From: a virus
DNA: 64,000 bases
Reading direction: 5' to 3' (one strand)
Virus record (IMG/VR): IMGVR_UViG_3300025435_001056
Span: 1-64,000 of that record
Part shown: piece after piece, positions 38,711-47,693 of the stretch
Layout: each line of letters begins with the position of its first letter
Position numbering within the stretch: the stretch's first letter is position 1
Notes under the pieces: model-generated
Told to the model about the DNA's origin: nothing
Seen by the model: only the letters and a program-made list of their open reading frames with translations
Databases searched by the model: none
Position numbers and translations under genes: made by a program

Positions 38711-39091
38711 ATGGCATACAGCGATAAAGTAATTGATCATTATGAAAATCCACGCAATGTGGGTAGTTTTGCTAAAGACGAAGCAGGCATCGGTACTGGC
38801 ATGGTCGGCGCCCCGGCCTGCGGTGATGTCATGAAACTACAAATCAAAGTGGAAGATGGAATCATAACAGATGCAAAATTCAAAACGTATGGCTGTGGGT
38901 CGGCGATCGCTTCATCGTCACTTGTCACCGAATGGGTCAAAGGTAAAACTCTGGACCAGGCTGGCACAATTAAGAACTCTGCAATTGCAGAGGAACTTGC
39001 GCTCCCGCCGGTTAAGATACATTGTAGTATCCTTGCGGAAGACGCTATTAAGGCTGCAATAGATGATTACCGTAACAAGCACAGCAGTTAA
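38711..39091 (+). CDS. iscU: Fe-S scaffold IscU
   Basis: DHYENPRNVG, PACGD, YGCGSA, LPPVKIHCS. Confidence 0.97.
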   Translation: MAYSDKVIDHYENPRNVGSFAKDEAGIGTGMVGAPACGDVMKLQIKVEDGIITDAKFKTYGCGSAIASSSLVTEWVKGKTLDQAGTIKNSAIAEELALPPVKIHCSILAEDAIKAAIDDYRNKHSS

Positions 39092-39383
39092 AAAGATACA
39101 AAATAATTTAGCCCGTCGTAGCCAGGGCTTGGGCATTAGACTAGGTGTAAGAACCACAGGATGTTCGGGACTAGCCTACGTACTAGAATATGTGGACGAG
39201 AAATTGCCAGAAGATTCAGTTAGCGAGCAAGACGGATTTGTTATTGTGATGGATCCCAAGAGTCATGCATATCTTGATGGCTTAGAAATAGACTATGTAC
39301 GCCAAGGCCTTAACGAAGGTTTTGAATTCCGCAATCCCAATGAAAAAGACCGCTGTGGATGCGGAGAAAGTTTTCGTGTATAA
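39063..39383 (+). CDS. iscA: A-type Fe-S carrier IscA
   Basis: TGCSGLAY, NPN..CGCGESF. Confidence 0.95.
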   Translation: MITVTSTAVKKIQNNLARRSQGLGIRLGVRTTGCSGLAYVLEYVDEKLPEDSVSEQDGFVIVMDPKSHAYLDGLEIDYVRQGLNEGFEFRNPNEKDRCGCGESFRV

Positions 39384-40089
39384 CCCAAAATTTGATTATC
39401 AACCCTTGAGTCGTGTTAGTATAGATGGCAAGCGTCTGTATGCTACCCCAGATGGTAAAAAGTTGCCCAGTGTCACAACTGTATTAGAAAAAACCAAGCC
39501 CGAAGAAAAGAAAGCGGCCTTACAGCAATGGAGAGATCGTGTGGGTCATGCGAAGGCACAGGCTATCACCACCGAAGCGGCCAATCGTGGTACCAGAATG
39601 CACACCCATCTTGAGCACTACGTCAAAACTGGCGAGCTCAAAGACCGCGGATCAAATCCGTTTGGTTGGGCCAGTCATGCCATGGCGCAAACTGTAATTG
39701 AAGATGGCTTACAAAATGTCTCAGAGTTCTGGGGTGTAGAAATTCCCCTGTATTTTCCCAGCCTGTATGCTGGCACCACTGACGGCTGTGGCATACACCT
39801 GGGCGATGAGTCAATCCTAGACTACAAACAAACCAACAAGCCCAAGAAGCAGGAGTGGATTGAAGATTACTACCTACAGCTGACAGCCTATGCTCTGGCT
39901 CACAACGAAGTTTATGGCACTAACATACGCAAGGGTGTGGTGTTAATGTGTGTTAAACCACCGGTAGATGACATGGGCAATCCACTTGCACGCCCGGTTT
40001 ACCAAGAATTCATTCTTAAATCTGAAGATTTCGACTACTGGTCAGATCAGTGGTGGCGTCGCTTAGAACTGTATTATTTGATGGCCTAA
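39376..40089 (+). CDS. PD-(D/E)XK exonuclease
   Basis: LPSVTTVL, RGTRMH, YAGTTD, LDYK, QLTAYA; probable GTG start. Confidence 0.85.
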   Translation: MYNPKFDYQPLSRVSIDGKRLYATPDGKKLPSVTTVLEKTKPEEKKAALQQWRDRVGHAKAQAITTEAANRGTRMHTHLEHYVKTGELKDRGSNPFGWASHAMAQTVIEDGLQNVSEFWGVEIPLYFPSLYAGTTDGCGIHLGDESILDYKQTNKPKKQEWIEDYYLQLTAYALAHNEVYGTNIRKGVVLMCVKPPVDDMGNPLARPVYQEFILKSEDFDYWSDQWWRRLELYYLMA

Positions 40090-40286
40090 GAGTTGTTAGG
40101 CAACTGACCTAATACTTCGTTACCATCCGCGTCGATGTCACTAGAAATATCTACAGAATTACTACCGCGAGTGGCAATAATTCCAGCACCACACAACTGT
40201 TGCATTAAAAAATGTACTTTTTTTTCCAAATCACGCATAGCAGAATCTGGGTCAATACGATCGTCTCTAGCCCATAAATTTGACAT
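40086..40286 (-). CDS. small hypothetical late protein
   Basis: Minus-strand TAAATA (40310-40315) and AGGAG SD before MSNLWARDD. Confidence 0.6.
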   Translation of the reverse strand: MSNLWARDDRIDPDSAMRDLEKKVHFLMQQLCGAGIIATRGSNSVDISSDIDADGNEVLGQLPNNS

Positions 40287-40373
40287 GTAAATCTCCTGGT
40301 TTGTAGCAATATTTAGTTGATACTGTGGCAAACAATCCAGCTAAATACTGAATAGAATTCAAGGAAAATTAAA

Positions 40374-41957
40374 TTGGCCATAGTACAGATATCGCAAATC
40401 ACCAACCGCAAAGGATTGGCAATAGATTTACCACAGTTGGCTGGTGCCGAGTTTGGCTGGTCAACAGACACTCGACAGTTGTGGATCGGTAACGGTACCA
40501 TAGCTGATGGTGCTCCGGTTATTGGTAATACTGAAATTTTAACAGAATTTAGTGACATTCTGGCCTTTACCAATACCTACACTTACCAAGGTCGAGCTGC
40601 CGGATACGCTGTACAAACTGGCGCTACCCCAGGAACACCGGTTACCTTAAGCCTGCAACAATGGATGGATCAATTTGCTAGTGTTCTGGATTTTGGAGCA
40701 GTAGGCGACGGAGTAACTGATGATACAGCCGCAATTAATCGGGCCTTATATCAATTATATTGTAGAGAAGTCAATCCGCAAGTGCGTCGTGGTTTATTTT
40801 TTCCAGCCGGCATTTATAAAGTTTCGGGCACCATTGATATTCCTCCGTATGCCATGATAATGGGCGAAGGTATTGACAGCTCAATAATTAGTTTAGTCAA
40901 TGAAAGTGGATCCGTGCCATATGTGGCACAGACTGCCGACAGTTTACAACAGACCGGAGTTAACATTGCAACCAATGGTGCTATACCCCCACAGTATATC
41001 AACATCAGCAATATAGGATTCCAGTCAGTTGATCCTGTTGCAAACGTATTTCTTGTGGGTCAAGCTACCAACTGTCGTTTCCAGAATGTAGGCTTTAATG
41101 GTCCTCTGACCACTGCTGATTTGTATGCACCTCACTTGACAGTTGCAGTGGATTTTTACAGTACCACCACCTTGACCTGCAATCAAATTGTGTTTGATGG
41201 ATGTGTTTTTGACGGCACAGGTTATGCGGTCAACACAACCCAGTCTCTACAAGGAATCACTTTTACCAATTCAAAATTTACAACCTTTTATCAAGGTATT
41301 GTGTTGGGCAACGGAACACCTATTGCACCGGCCACAACATTTGACATAACTGGAGTTAGAATCACCGGTAATTTATTTGACAGCATCTATAGAGAAGGTG
41401 TTGTGTTTGGACAAATCACCATGAATGCGACCGGCCACAACATGTTCTACGATGTAGGAAACCATTTTACTGGAGCCACCGGCACACCTGAAACGGCTAT
41501 TATTGATTTACAATACAACAACAATATCAGCATCAGTGACCTATTCCAGCGAGTCTTGGTGTATGCATCCACTTATCCTTGTGTACAACTAAACAACCTA
41601 CAAAACATTGCCACTACTAATGGTGGACAGTTGCAGTTGGGTACTCAGATTATGGAATCAGGCACAAAGGCAACTTTGATCAACAACAACACGGGTACTA
41701 TTTTTAGCATACAAATTGATCGTATATCAGCTCTGACTGTGAGCTATACCATAAGTCGCCTACCCACAGGTATCCGTACTGGTGCCATTTCGGTAGTGAC
41801 CAATCCCTTATTTTACAGTGACGACTACATTGACAACTCCGATACCGGAGTGACTTTGAGTTTTGTACAGGTTAGCGATTTGATTAGTTTAAATTATCTG
41901 ACCACCGACACTGGATTTGATGGAACCATCAGCTATTCCGTATCTTATCATTATTGA
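40374..41957 (+). CDS. tail fibre/spike-like protein with pectate-lyase-type beta-helix
   Basis: LAGAEFGWSTDTRQLWIGNG; DFGAVGDGVTDDTAAI; FFPAGIY. Confidence 0.8.
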   Translation: MAIVQISQITNRKGLAIDLPQLAGAEFGWSTDTRQLWIGNGTIADGAPVIGNTEILTEFSDILAFTNTYTYQGRAAGYAVQTGATPGTPVTLSLQQWMDQFASVLDFGAVGDGVTDDTAAINRALYQLYCREVNPQVRRGLFFPAGIYKVSGTIDIPPYAMIMGEGIDSSIISLVNESGSVPYVAQTADSLQQTGVNIATNGAIPPQYINISNIGFQSVDPVANVFLVGQATNCRFQNVGFNGPLTTADLYAPHLTVAVDFYSTTTLTCNQIVFDGCVFDGTGYAVNTTQSLQGITFTNSKFTTFYQGIVLGNGTPIAPATTFDITGVRITGNLFDSIYREGVVFGQITMNATGHNMFYDVGNHFTGATGTPETAIIDLQYNNNISISDLFQRVLVYASTYPCVQLNNLQNIATTNGGQLQLGTQIMESGTKATLINNNTGTIFSIQIDRISALTVSYTISRLPTGIRTGAISVVTNPLFYSDDYIDNSDTGVTLSFVQVSDLISLNYLTTDTGFDGTISYSVSYHY

Positions 41958-42370
41958 TGTGGCCTTTAACTTTTAGTGCCCGACTGGAGAGTTGGAGTCT
42001 CCTGCGTGATCGTTGTCAAAATATTTCTTTAGAATCTGCACTTGACGCCATTAATGAGTGGTGGTTTTTGGCACCGTGGCGTCCTTACTATCTACATTGG
42101 GATGACCAGGCCACATGGCCTGACCCTTGGCAACTTTTGAGCGACGATGTCTACTGTGATCTTGCTCGTGGGCTGGGAATCCTGTATACTGTAATTTTGC
42201 TGGACCGTGCGGATATGGCGGATGCAGAACTGATTTTAACCGAAACAGGTGATAATTTAGTCCAAGTAGCAAAAGAAAAATATATACTTAATTGGAGCAG
42301 AGAATCAGTCGTAAATACCTTCCAAGAGATTAAAATCAAACGGCGGTACCAGCAACACCCTATAAAATAA
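41957..42370 (+). CDS. hypothetical protein, transglutaminase-like cysteine peptidase-like
   Basis: WPDPWQLL..YCDLARGLG. Confidence 0.5.
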   Translation: MWPLTFSARLESWSLLRDRCQNISLESALDAINEWWFLAPWRPYYLHWDDQATWPDPWQLLSDDVYCDLARGLGILYTVILLDRADMADAELILTETGDNLVQVAKEKYILNWSRESVVNTFQEIKIKRRYQQHPIK

Positions 42371-42398
42371 TAGTACATTAAAACAGAACGAGAGTTAG

Positions 42399-44723
42399 AT
42401 GACGCAGATTACAGTTGTAAAAAGAAGCGGCGCAAAAGAGCCACTACAGATTGATAAGTGGCAGGCACAAGTTGCTAAGGTATGTCAAGGAATTGCCGAT
42501 GTCAGTCAGTCCATGATAGAAATCAAAGCCCAGTTGCACTTCTATGATGGCATTACCACACAGGAGATCGACGGCATCACCCTGCGAGCCATTGTGGACT
42601 TGATTGATGTAGAATCAAATCCAGATGTAGGACATACCAACTATCAGTATGTGGCCGGCAAGCAACGTCTCAGCATGTTGCGCAAGGATGTTTACGGATC
42701 ATACGCTGTGCCGCATCTCTACAACATTGTGAAGAAGAATGTAGAAGTGGGTCTGTATACTCCAGAACTGTTGGATTGGTACACCAAGGATGATTGGAAT
42801 CGCATGAACGACATGCTGGACCATGACAAGGATGAACTATACTCATACGCGGCCATTGAACAGCTGATCGAAAAATATCTGGTGCGCAACAGAGCCACAA
42901 AGGAAATCTATGAAACCCCCCAAATTCGTTATATTATTGCGGCCGCTACTGTGTTCCATGCAGAAGAGCCCAATGCGACTAGAATGCGTTACATCAAAGA
43001 GTATTACAATGCTGCTAGTGATGGCCTGTTTACTCTTGCGACTCCTGTTCTGGCTGGACTGGGAACACCAACAAAACAATTTAGCTCTTGTGTGCTTATA
43101 CGTAGCGACGATGATCTGGATAGTATTTTTGCCTCAGGAGAAATGATGGCCAAGTATGCGGCCAAGCGAGCCGGCATCGGCTTGGAAGTTGGTCGTCTGC
43201 GTCCACTCGGTTCCGCCATTCGCGGTGGCGAAGTCATGCACACCGGTATGATTCCATTCCTTAAAAAATGGTTTGGCGATTTACGTAGTTGTAGTCAAGG
43301 AGGTATTAGAAATGCAAGTGCTACCGTATTTTATCCTATTTGGCATTATCAGTTCGATGATCTTATTGTGCTTAAGAATAATCAAGGAACAGAAGAAACA
43401 CGAGTAAGGTTCATGGACTATGGAGTTGTGCTTAATAGCTTTTTCTGGCGCAGATTCAAAAACAAAGAAATGATTACATTTTTTGATCCCAACGAAGTGC
43501 CGGACCTGTATGAAGCATTTTATCAAAACACTGAAAGATTTGAACAGCTCTATGTCAAGTACGAACGTCGTAAAGATTTAAGAACCAAGGTTATGGCCGC
43601 CGAAGATGTATTCAAAGGTGGCATACTTAAAGAACGCACAGATACCGGTCGTATCTATCTGGTGTTTATCGACAATGTTCAGAATCAAGGTCCGTTTGAT
43701 CCTGAATTCCATACCATTTACCAGAGTAACCTGTGCTGTGAAATCCTTTTACCTACTCGGCCATTCCGTCGTCTTGATGATGATGCTGGGCGTATTGCTC
43801 TTTGCACTCTTGGAAGTATTAACTGGGGTGCGTTCCGTAATCCTGAGGACATGCGCCGTGCTTGTCGTATCCTTCAGCGCAGCCTTTGCAATATTCTCGA
43901 TTATCAAGATTTTTTAAGTATTCAAAGCCAGCTGAGCAACGAAGAGATACAACCCTTGGGCATTGGTATCACCAACCTGGCCTACTGGCATGCCAAGCGC
44001 GGCCTTGAATATGGCGAAGCCGATGCCCTGCAAGAAGTCAAGACCTGGATGGAACATCAGGCCTACTACCTGACCGAAGCCACAGTGGAACTGGCTCGTG
44101 AGCGTGGCGCCTGCAAAGATTCAGCTCGCACACGCTATGGCCAAGGTGTATTTCCCTGGGAACTGCGTGCCAAGGCAGTCAACGAGTTGGTCAATTTTGA
44201 ACCCGAGTTAGACTGGGAAACCCTGCGCATGAACATGCAGGCCTATGGTGTTCGCAATGCCACCTTGATGGCAGTGGCCCCGGTTGAAAGCAGTTCGGTG
44301 GTAATCAATTCGACCAATGGTATTGAAATGCCCATGAGCCTGATCACAGTAAAAGAAAGCAAAGCCGGTAGTTTAATTCAGGTAGCACCTGAATACAACA
44401 AGCTCAAAAATAAATATCAACTCATGTGGGATCAGAAAGACTGCGAGGGTTATCTAAAAACGGCCGCTGTTATTGCGGCCTATGTTGACCAAAGCATAAG
44501 TACTAATACATTCTATTCGCCGAGACATTTTGCTGATCGTAAAGTACCATCAACACTTATTGCTAAGAATTTAATGTTAGCTCATATGTGGGGTCTTAAA
44601 ACGATGTATTACTCATTAATCGATAAACAAGGCAGTAAATCTGATAAATCAGATGATGCTGTAGCATTAGAAGTAATCGATTTTGACGAAGGCGAAGATG
44701 ATTGTTTGGCTTGTAAACTTTAA
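42399..44723 (+). CDS. nrdA: class Ia ribonucleotide reductase alpha subunit
   Basis: ATP-cone start VVKRSG, FSSC, SNLCCEI, APVESSS, C-terminal CLAC. Confidence 0.97.
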   Translation: MTQITVVKRSGAKEPLQIDKWQAQVAKVCQGIADVSQSMIEIKAQLHFYDGITTQEIDGITLRAIVDLIDVESNPDVGHTNYQYVAGKQRLSMLRKDVYGSYAVPHLYNIVKKNVEVGLYTPELLDWYTKDDWNRMNDMLDHDKDELYSYAAIEQLIEKYLVRNRATKEIYETPQIRYIIAAATVFHAEEPNATRMRYIKEYYNAASDGLFTLATPVLAGLGTPTKQFSSCVLIRSDDDLDSIFASGEMMAKYAAKRAGIGLEVGRLRPLGSAIRGGEVMHTGMIPFLKKWFGDLRSCSQGGIRNASATVFYPIWHYQFDDLIVLKNNQGTEETRVRFMDYGVVLNSFFWRRFKNKEMITFFDPNEVPDLYEAFYQNTERFEQLYVKYERRKDLRTKVMAAEDVFKGGILKERTDTGRIYLVFIDNVQNQGPFDPEFHTIYQSNLCCEILLPTRPFRRLDDDAGRIALCTLGSINWGAFRNPEDMRRACRILQRSLCNILDYQDFLSIQSQLSNEEIQPLGIGITNLAYWHAKRGLEYGEADALQEVKTWMEHQAYYLTEATVELARERGACKDSARTRYGQGVFPWELRAKAVNELVNFEPELDWETLRMNMQAYGVRNATLMAVAPVESSSVVINSTNGIEMPMSLITVKESKAGSLIQVAPEYNKLKNKYQLMWDQKDCEGYLKTAAVIAAYVDQSISTNTFYSPRHFADRKVPSTLIAKNLMLAHMWGLKTMYYSLIDKQGSKSDKSDDAVALEVIDFDEGEDDCLACKL

Positions 44724-44739
44724 GAAAGTATGTTACAAT
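44711..44739 (+). promoter_or_regulatory. sigma70-type promoter for the HNH gene
   Basis: TTGTAA-17-TACAAT with TGn; ATG 5 nt downstream. Confidence 0.6.
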
Positions 44740-44744
44740 AGAGT

Positions 44745-45461
44745 ATGGATTATCAAAAGATTTACAATAACTTGATAGATCGTGCTACACACAGGATCAG
44801 CGAAGGCTATGTTGAAAAACATCACATAGTCCCTCGATGTCTCGGCGGTGACGATAGTAAAGAAAATATTGTAAGTCTTTATCCTGAAGAACATTATCTT
44901 GCTCACTTGCTGTTATGTAAAATAAACGAAGGTAACCAAAAGTTATTGTATGCCGCAATGAATATGACTACTGGTTCTATGATTAATAACGGTAAGCGAA
45001 ATAATAAAGCATACGGATGGCTTCGCAGACAATACGCACAATCTATGTCAGGTGATAATAATCCTAATAGACGCAATCCCGAAATACAAAAGAAAGCGGC
45101 ATTAAAGAGAGTAGGACAAACACGCTCAGAAGAAACAAAAGCAAGAATGTCGGCGGCACAAAAAGGTAGAACATTTACAGAAGAAACAAAACAGAAAATG
45201 TCTATAGCCGCAAAAAATAAACCCCCAGTTAGTCTTGAAACTCGAGAAAAACTATCAGTAAAATCTAAAGGACGAGTCGGGCCGTGGGCAGGCAAAACTG
45301 TACCTCCAGAACTTGTAGCAAAAAGAGCCGAAGCAAGACGCGGTAAAACAGATACAGAAGAAGTTAAGCTAAAGAAATCTCTTGCCGCTAAAGCGAGAGA
45401 AGCAAAGAAAAGAGAATTAAGAAATATTTTAGGAACGGATGGGTTCCTACAGAAGATTTAG
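44745..45461 (+). CDS. HNH homing endonuclease (MobE-like position between nrdA and nrdB)
   Basis: EKHHIVPRCLGG..NIVSLYPEEHYLAH; SEETKxxMS repeats. Confidence 0.9.
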   Translation: MDYQKIYNNLIDRATHRISEGYVEKHHIVPRCLGGDDSKENIVSLYPEEHYLAHLLLCKINEGNQKLLYAAMNMTTGSMINNGKRNNKAYGWLRRQYAQSMSGDNNPNRRNPEIQKKAALKRVGQTRSEETKARMSAAQKGRTFTEETKQKMSIAAKNKPPVSLETREKLSVKSKGRVGPWAGKTVPPELVAKRAEARRGKTDTEEVKLKKSLAAKAREAKKRELRNILGTDGFLQKI

Positions 45462-45486
45462 AATGGAAAAAATTGAAAGAAAAAGA

Positions 45487-45753
45487 ATGAACGATAAAAT
45501 TAAAGAACTGACTAAACAAGCCGGTATCACGGACAATAATTTAAGTGATGGCAATATGTCCTACAACGATTTAGAAAAATTTGTTGAACTGCTTGTTAAA
45601 GAATGTGTGGGATTTAAAGCGTTAGTGACAGAAGTTCCTACTGAAGAATATATCGATGGCGTTAAAACTAATCCAGATGTGGTTCGTGGCATGAATCTTG
45701 GCATATTACTAGCGTATCGCTACATTGAAGCGGTAACTGGAGTTAAATCATGA
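45487..45753 (+). CDS. hypothetical protein
   Basis: MNDKIKELTKQAG..LEKFVELLVKEC. Confidence 0.65.
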   Translation: MNDKIKELTKQAGITDNNLSDGNMSYNDLEKFVELLVKECVGFKALVTEVPTEEYIDGVKTNPDVVRGMNLGILLAYRYIEAVTGVKS

Positions 45754-46850
45754 GTCAAGCACAATATAACTTATCAACAAAAACAGATTACTTACATCGT
45801 AAAATGTTCCTTGACCCTGCGGGTCCTGTAACCATACAGAGATTTGAAGAGGTAAAATATTCGAAGTTAACAAAGTTTGAACAGGAAGCTCGCGGCTTTT
45901 TCTGGGTGCCCGAAGAGATTAGCTTGACTAAAGATGCCAACGATTTCAAAGAAGCCACCGACACCGTGCGTCATATCTTTACTTCAAACCTGTTACGTCA
46001 GACTGCCTTGGATAGTTTGCAAGGTCGTGGGCCCACACAGGTGTTTACACCAGTGGTATCCATTCCCGAGTTAGAAGCACTCATGTACAACTGGGGCTTC
46101 TTTGAGACCAATATTCACAGTCGTAGCTACAGTCACATCATTCGCAACATCTACAATGTGCCCAAAGAAGAATTCAACAAGATTCACGACACTGCGGAAA
46201 TTGTTGAAATGGCTAGCACCATTGGGCTCTACTATGATCGCTTACACATGATCAACTGCCGTAAAGAACTACTAGAAAAGTTTGATGAGCAACATCACAT
46301 CAAGGCCATCTGGTTGGCACTCAACGCTTCATATGGTCTTGAAGCCTTCCGCTTCATGGTTAGTTTTGCTACAAGTCTTGCCATGGTTGAGAATCGCATC
46401 TTTATCGGCAACGGCAATATTATCAGCCTGATCCTACAAGATGAAATTCTACACCGGGACTGGACAGCTTGGATTATCAATCAGGTGGTCAAAGAAGATC
46501 CACGCTTTGCCCGTGCCAAGCGAGAATGTGAAGCCGAGGTGTATGCCATGTACCTGGATGTGATCCGTGAAGAAAAACAGTGGGCTGACTACCTGTTCCA
46601 AAAAGGACCGGTAATTGGATTGAATGCACAGATTCTGAAAGATTTTGTGGACTATACCGCAGTAGGCGCTCTCAAAGAGATCGGAGTCAAATATCAGGCT
46701 CCTGTGCCAAAAACTACACCTATTCCTTGGTTCAACAAACATACAAATCTGTCTAACAAACAGTCAGCACTACAGGAAACTGAAAGTACTAACTATGTAA
46801 TTGGTGTGATGAGCGATACACTTGATTACGACGCATTACCAACATTATAA
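45750..46850 (+). CDS. nrdB: ribonucleotide reductase beta subunit
   Basis: FFWVPEE, ETNIHSRSY, LEAFRF, DEILH, QETE. Confidence 0.96.
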   Translation: MSQAQYNLSTKTDYLHRKMFLDPAGPVTIQRFEEVKYSKLTKFEQEARGFFWVPEEISLTKDANDFKEATDTVRHIFTSNLLRQTALDSLQGRGPTQVFTPVVSIPELEALMYNWGFFETNIHSRSYSHIIRNIYNVPKEEFNKIHDTAEIVEMASTIGLYYDRLHMINCRKELLEKFDEQHHIKAIWLALNASYGLEAFRFMVSFATSLAMVENRIFIGNGNIISLILQDEILHRDWTAWIINQVVKEDPRFARAKRECEAEVYAMYLDVIREEKQWADYLFQKGPVIGLNAQILKDFVDYTAVGALKEIGVKYQAPVPKTTPIPWFNKHTNLSNKQSALQETESTNYVIGVMSDTLDYDALPTL

Positions 46851-46870
46851 TAACAACAAGGAGAATTACA

Positions 46871-47095
46871 ATGAAAGCAATAGTATGGAGCAAAAACGCC
46901 TGCCCATTTTGCGTACAAGCCAAAGCACTGTTAGAATCACAGGGCATTGATTACGAAGAACGCAATGTACAAACAGATTGGACACGAGAACAGTTATTAG
47001 AGGCAGTACCTACAGCAAGAACATTACCACAGATCTTCTTGGACGATAATTACATTGGCGGATTCACAGAACTGCGAAAACATTTACAAGGATAA
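46871..47095 (+). CDS. glutaredoxin
   Basis: CPFC, TLPQIF, IGGF. Confidence 0.93.
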   Translation: MKAIVWSKNACPFCVQAKALLESQGIDYEERNVQTDWTREQLLEAVPTARTLPQIFLDDNYIGGFTELRKHLQG

Positions 47096-47096
47096 C

Positions 47097-47399
47097 ATGA
47101 ACATAGAAAAAAACCAGGTTTACACATTTAAATTGACCAATGCTGACGAAATTGTTGGTAAAGTAGTAGATATTACCGATGCAACCTATATTGTTGCACA
47201 GCCACTTAGTGCTGTACCTACTGAAAAAGGTCTACAGTTAATCTATACTGTGTTTACTGGAGATCCCAATGAAAATGCCACTATAAATAAAACAGCAGTA
47301 GCAATGATTTGCCAGACTCGTGCGGAAGTCGGCGATCATTACCTAGAAGCAACCACTGGTTTAAAACCAGTACGCAAGACATCAATTATAATGGGATAA
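47097..47399 (+). CDS. hypothetical protein (Sm-like fold candidate)
   Basis: FKLTNADEIVGK motif. Confidence 0.6.
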   Translation: MNIEKNQVYTFKLTNADEIVGKVVDITDATYIVAQPLSAVPTEKGLQLIYTVFTGDPNENATINKTAVAMICQTRAEVGDHYLEATTGLKPVRKTSIIMG

Positions 47400-47400
47400 C

Positions 47401-47691
47401 ATGGGTCAAGCAGTACAACGAGTTGGAGATCAAAATACAGCCGGCGGCATAATACAGCAAGGTGATTCGTCGGTGTTGATCAACGGCCGTGCTGTGGCCG
47501 TCCGTGGATCGTCAGTAAGCCCGCATCCCTGTTGCGGTCATCGTGGATGCCCGCCTACACATTGTAATGCAAAAACTCAGACGGAAAATTCCACAATTTT
47601 GGTCAACGGTATACCTGTAATTGTAACCAACGACAAAGACACTTGCAGTCATCCTCGTGCCGGTGGTAGTCCTGATGTGATAATAGGCTAA
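47401..47691 (+). CDS. PAAR-type spike tip protein
   Basis: RVGD, VLINGR, ILVNGIP, TCSH..GSPDV. Confidence 0.88.
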   Translation: MGQAVQRVGDQNTAGGIIQQGDSSVLINGRAVAVRGSSVSPHPCCGHRGCPPTHCNAKTQTENSTILVNGIPVIVTNDKDTCSHPRAGGSPDVIIG

Positions 47692-47693
47692 TC

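Noticed and set aside
7201-46850. Introns or inteins in terL, uvsX, helicase, nrdA, nrdB
   Set aside because: ORFs are continuous and of normal length; the endonucleases are free-standing
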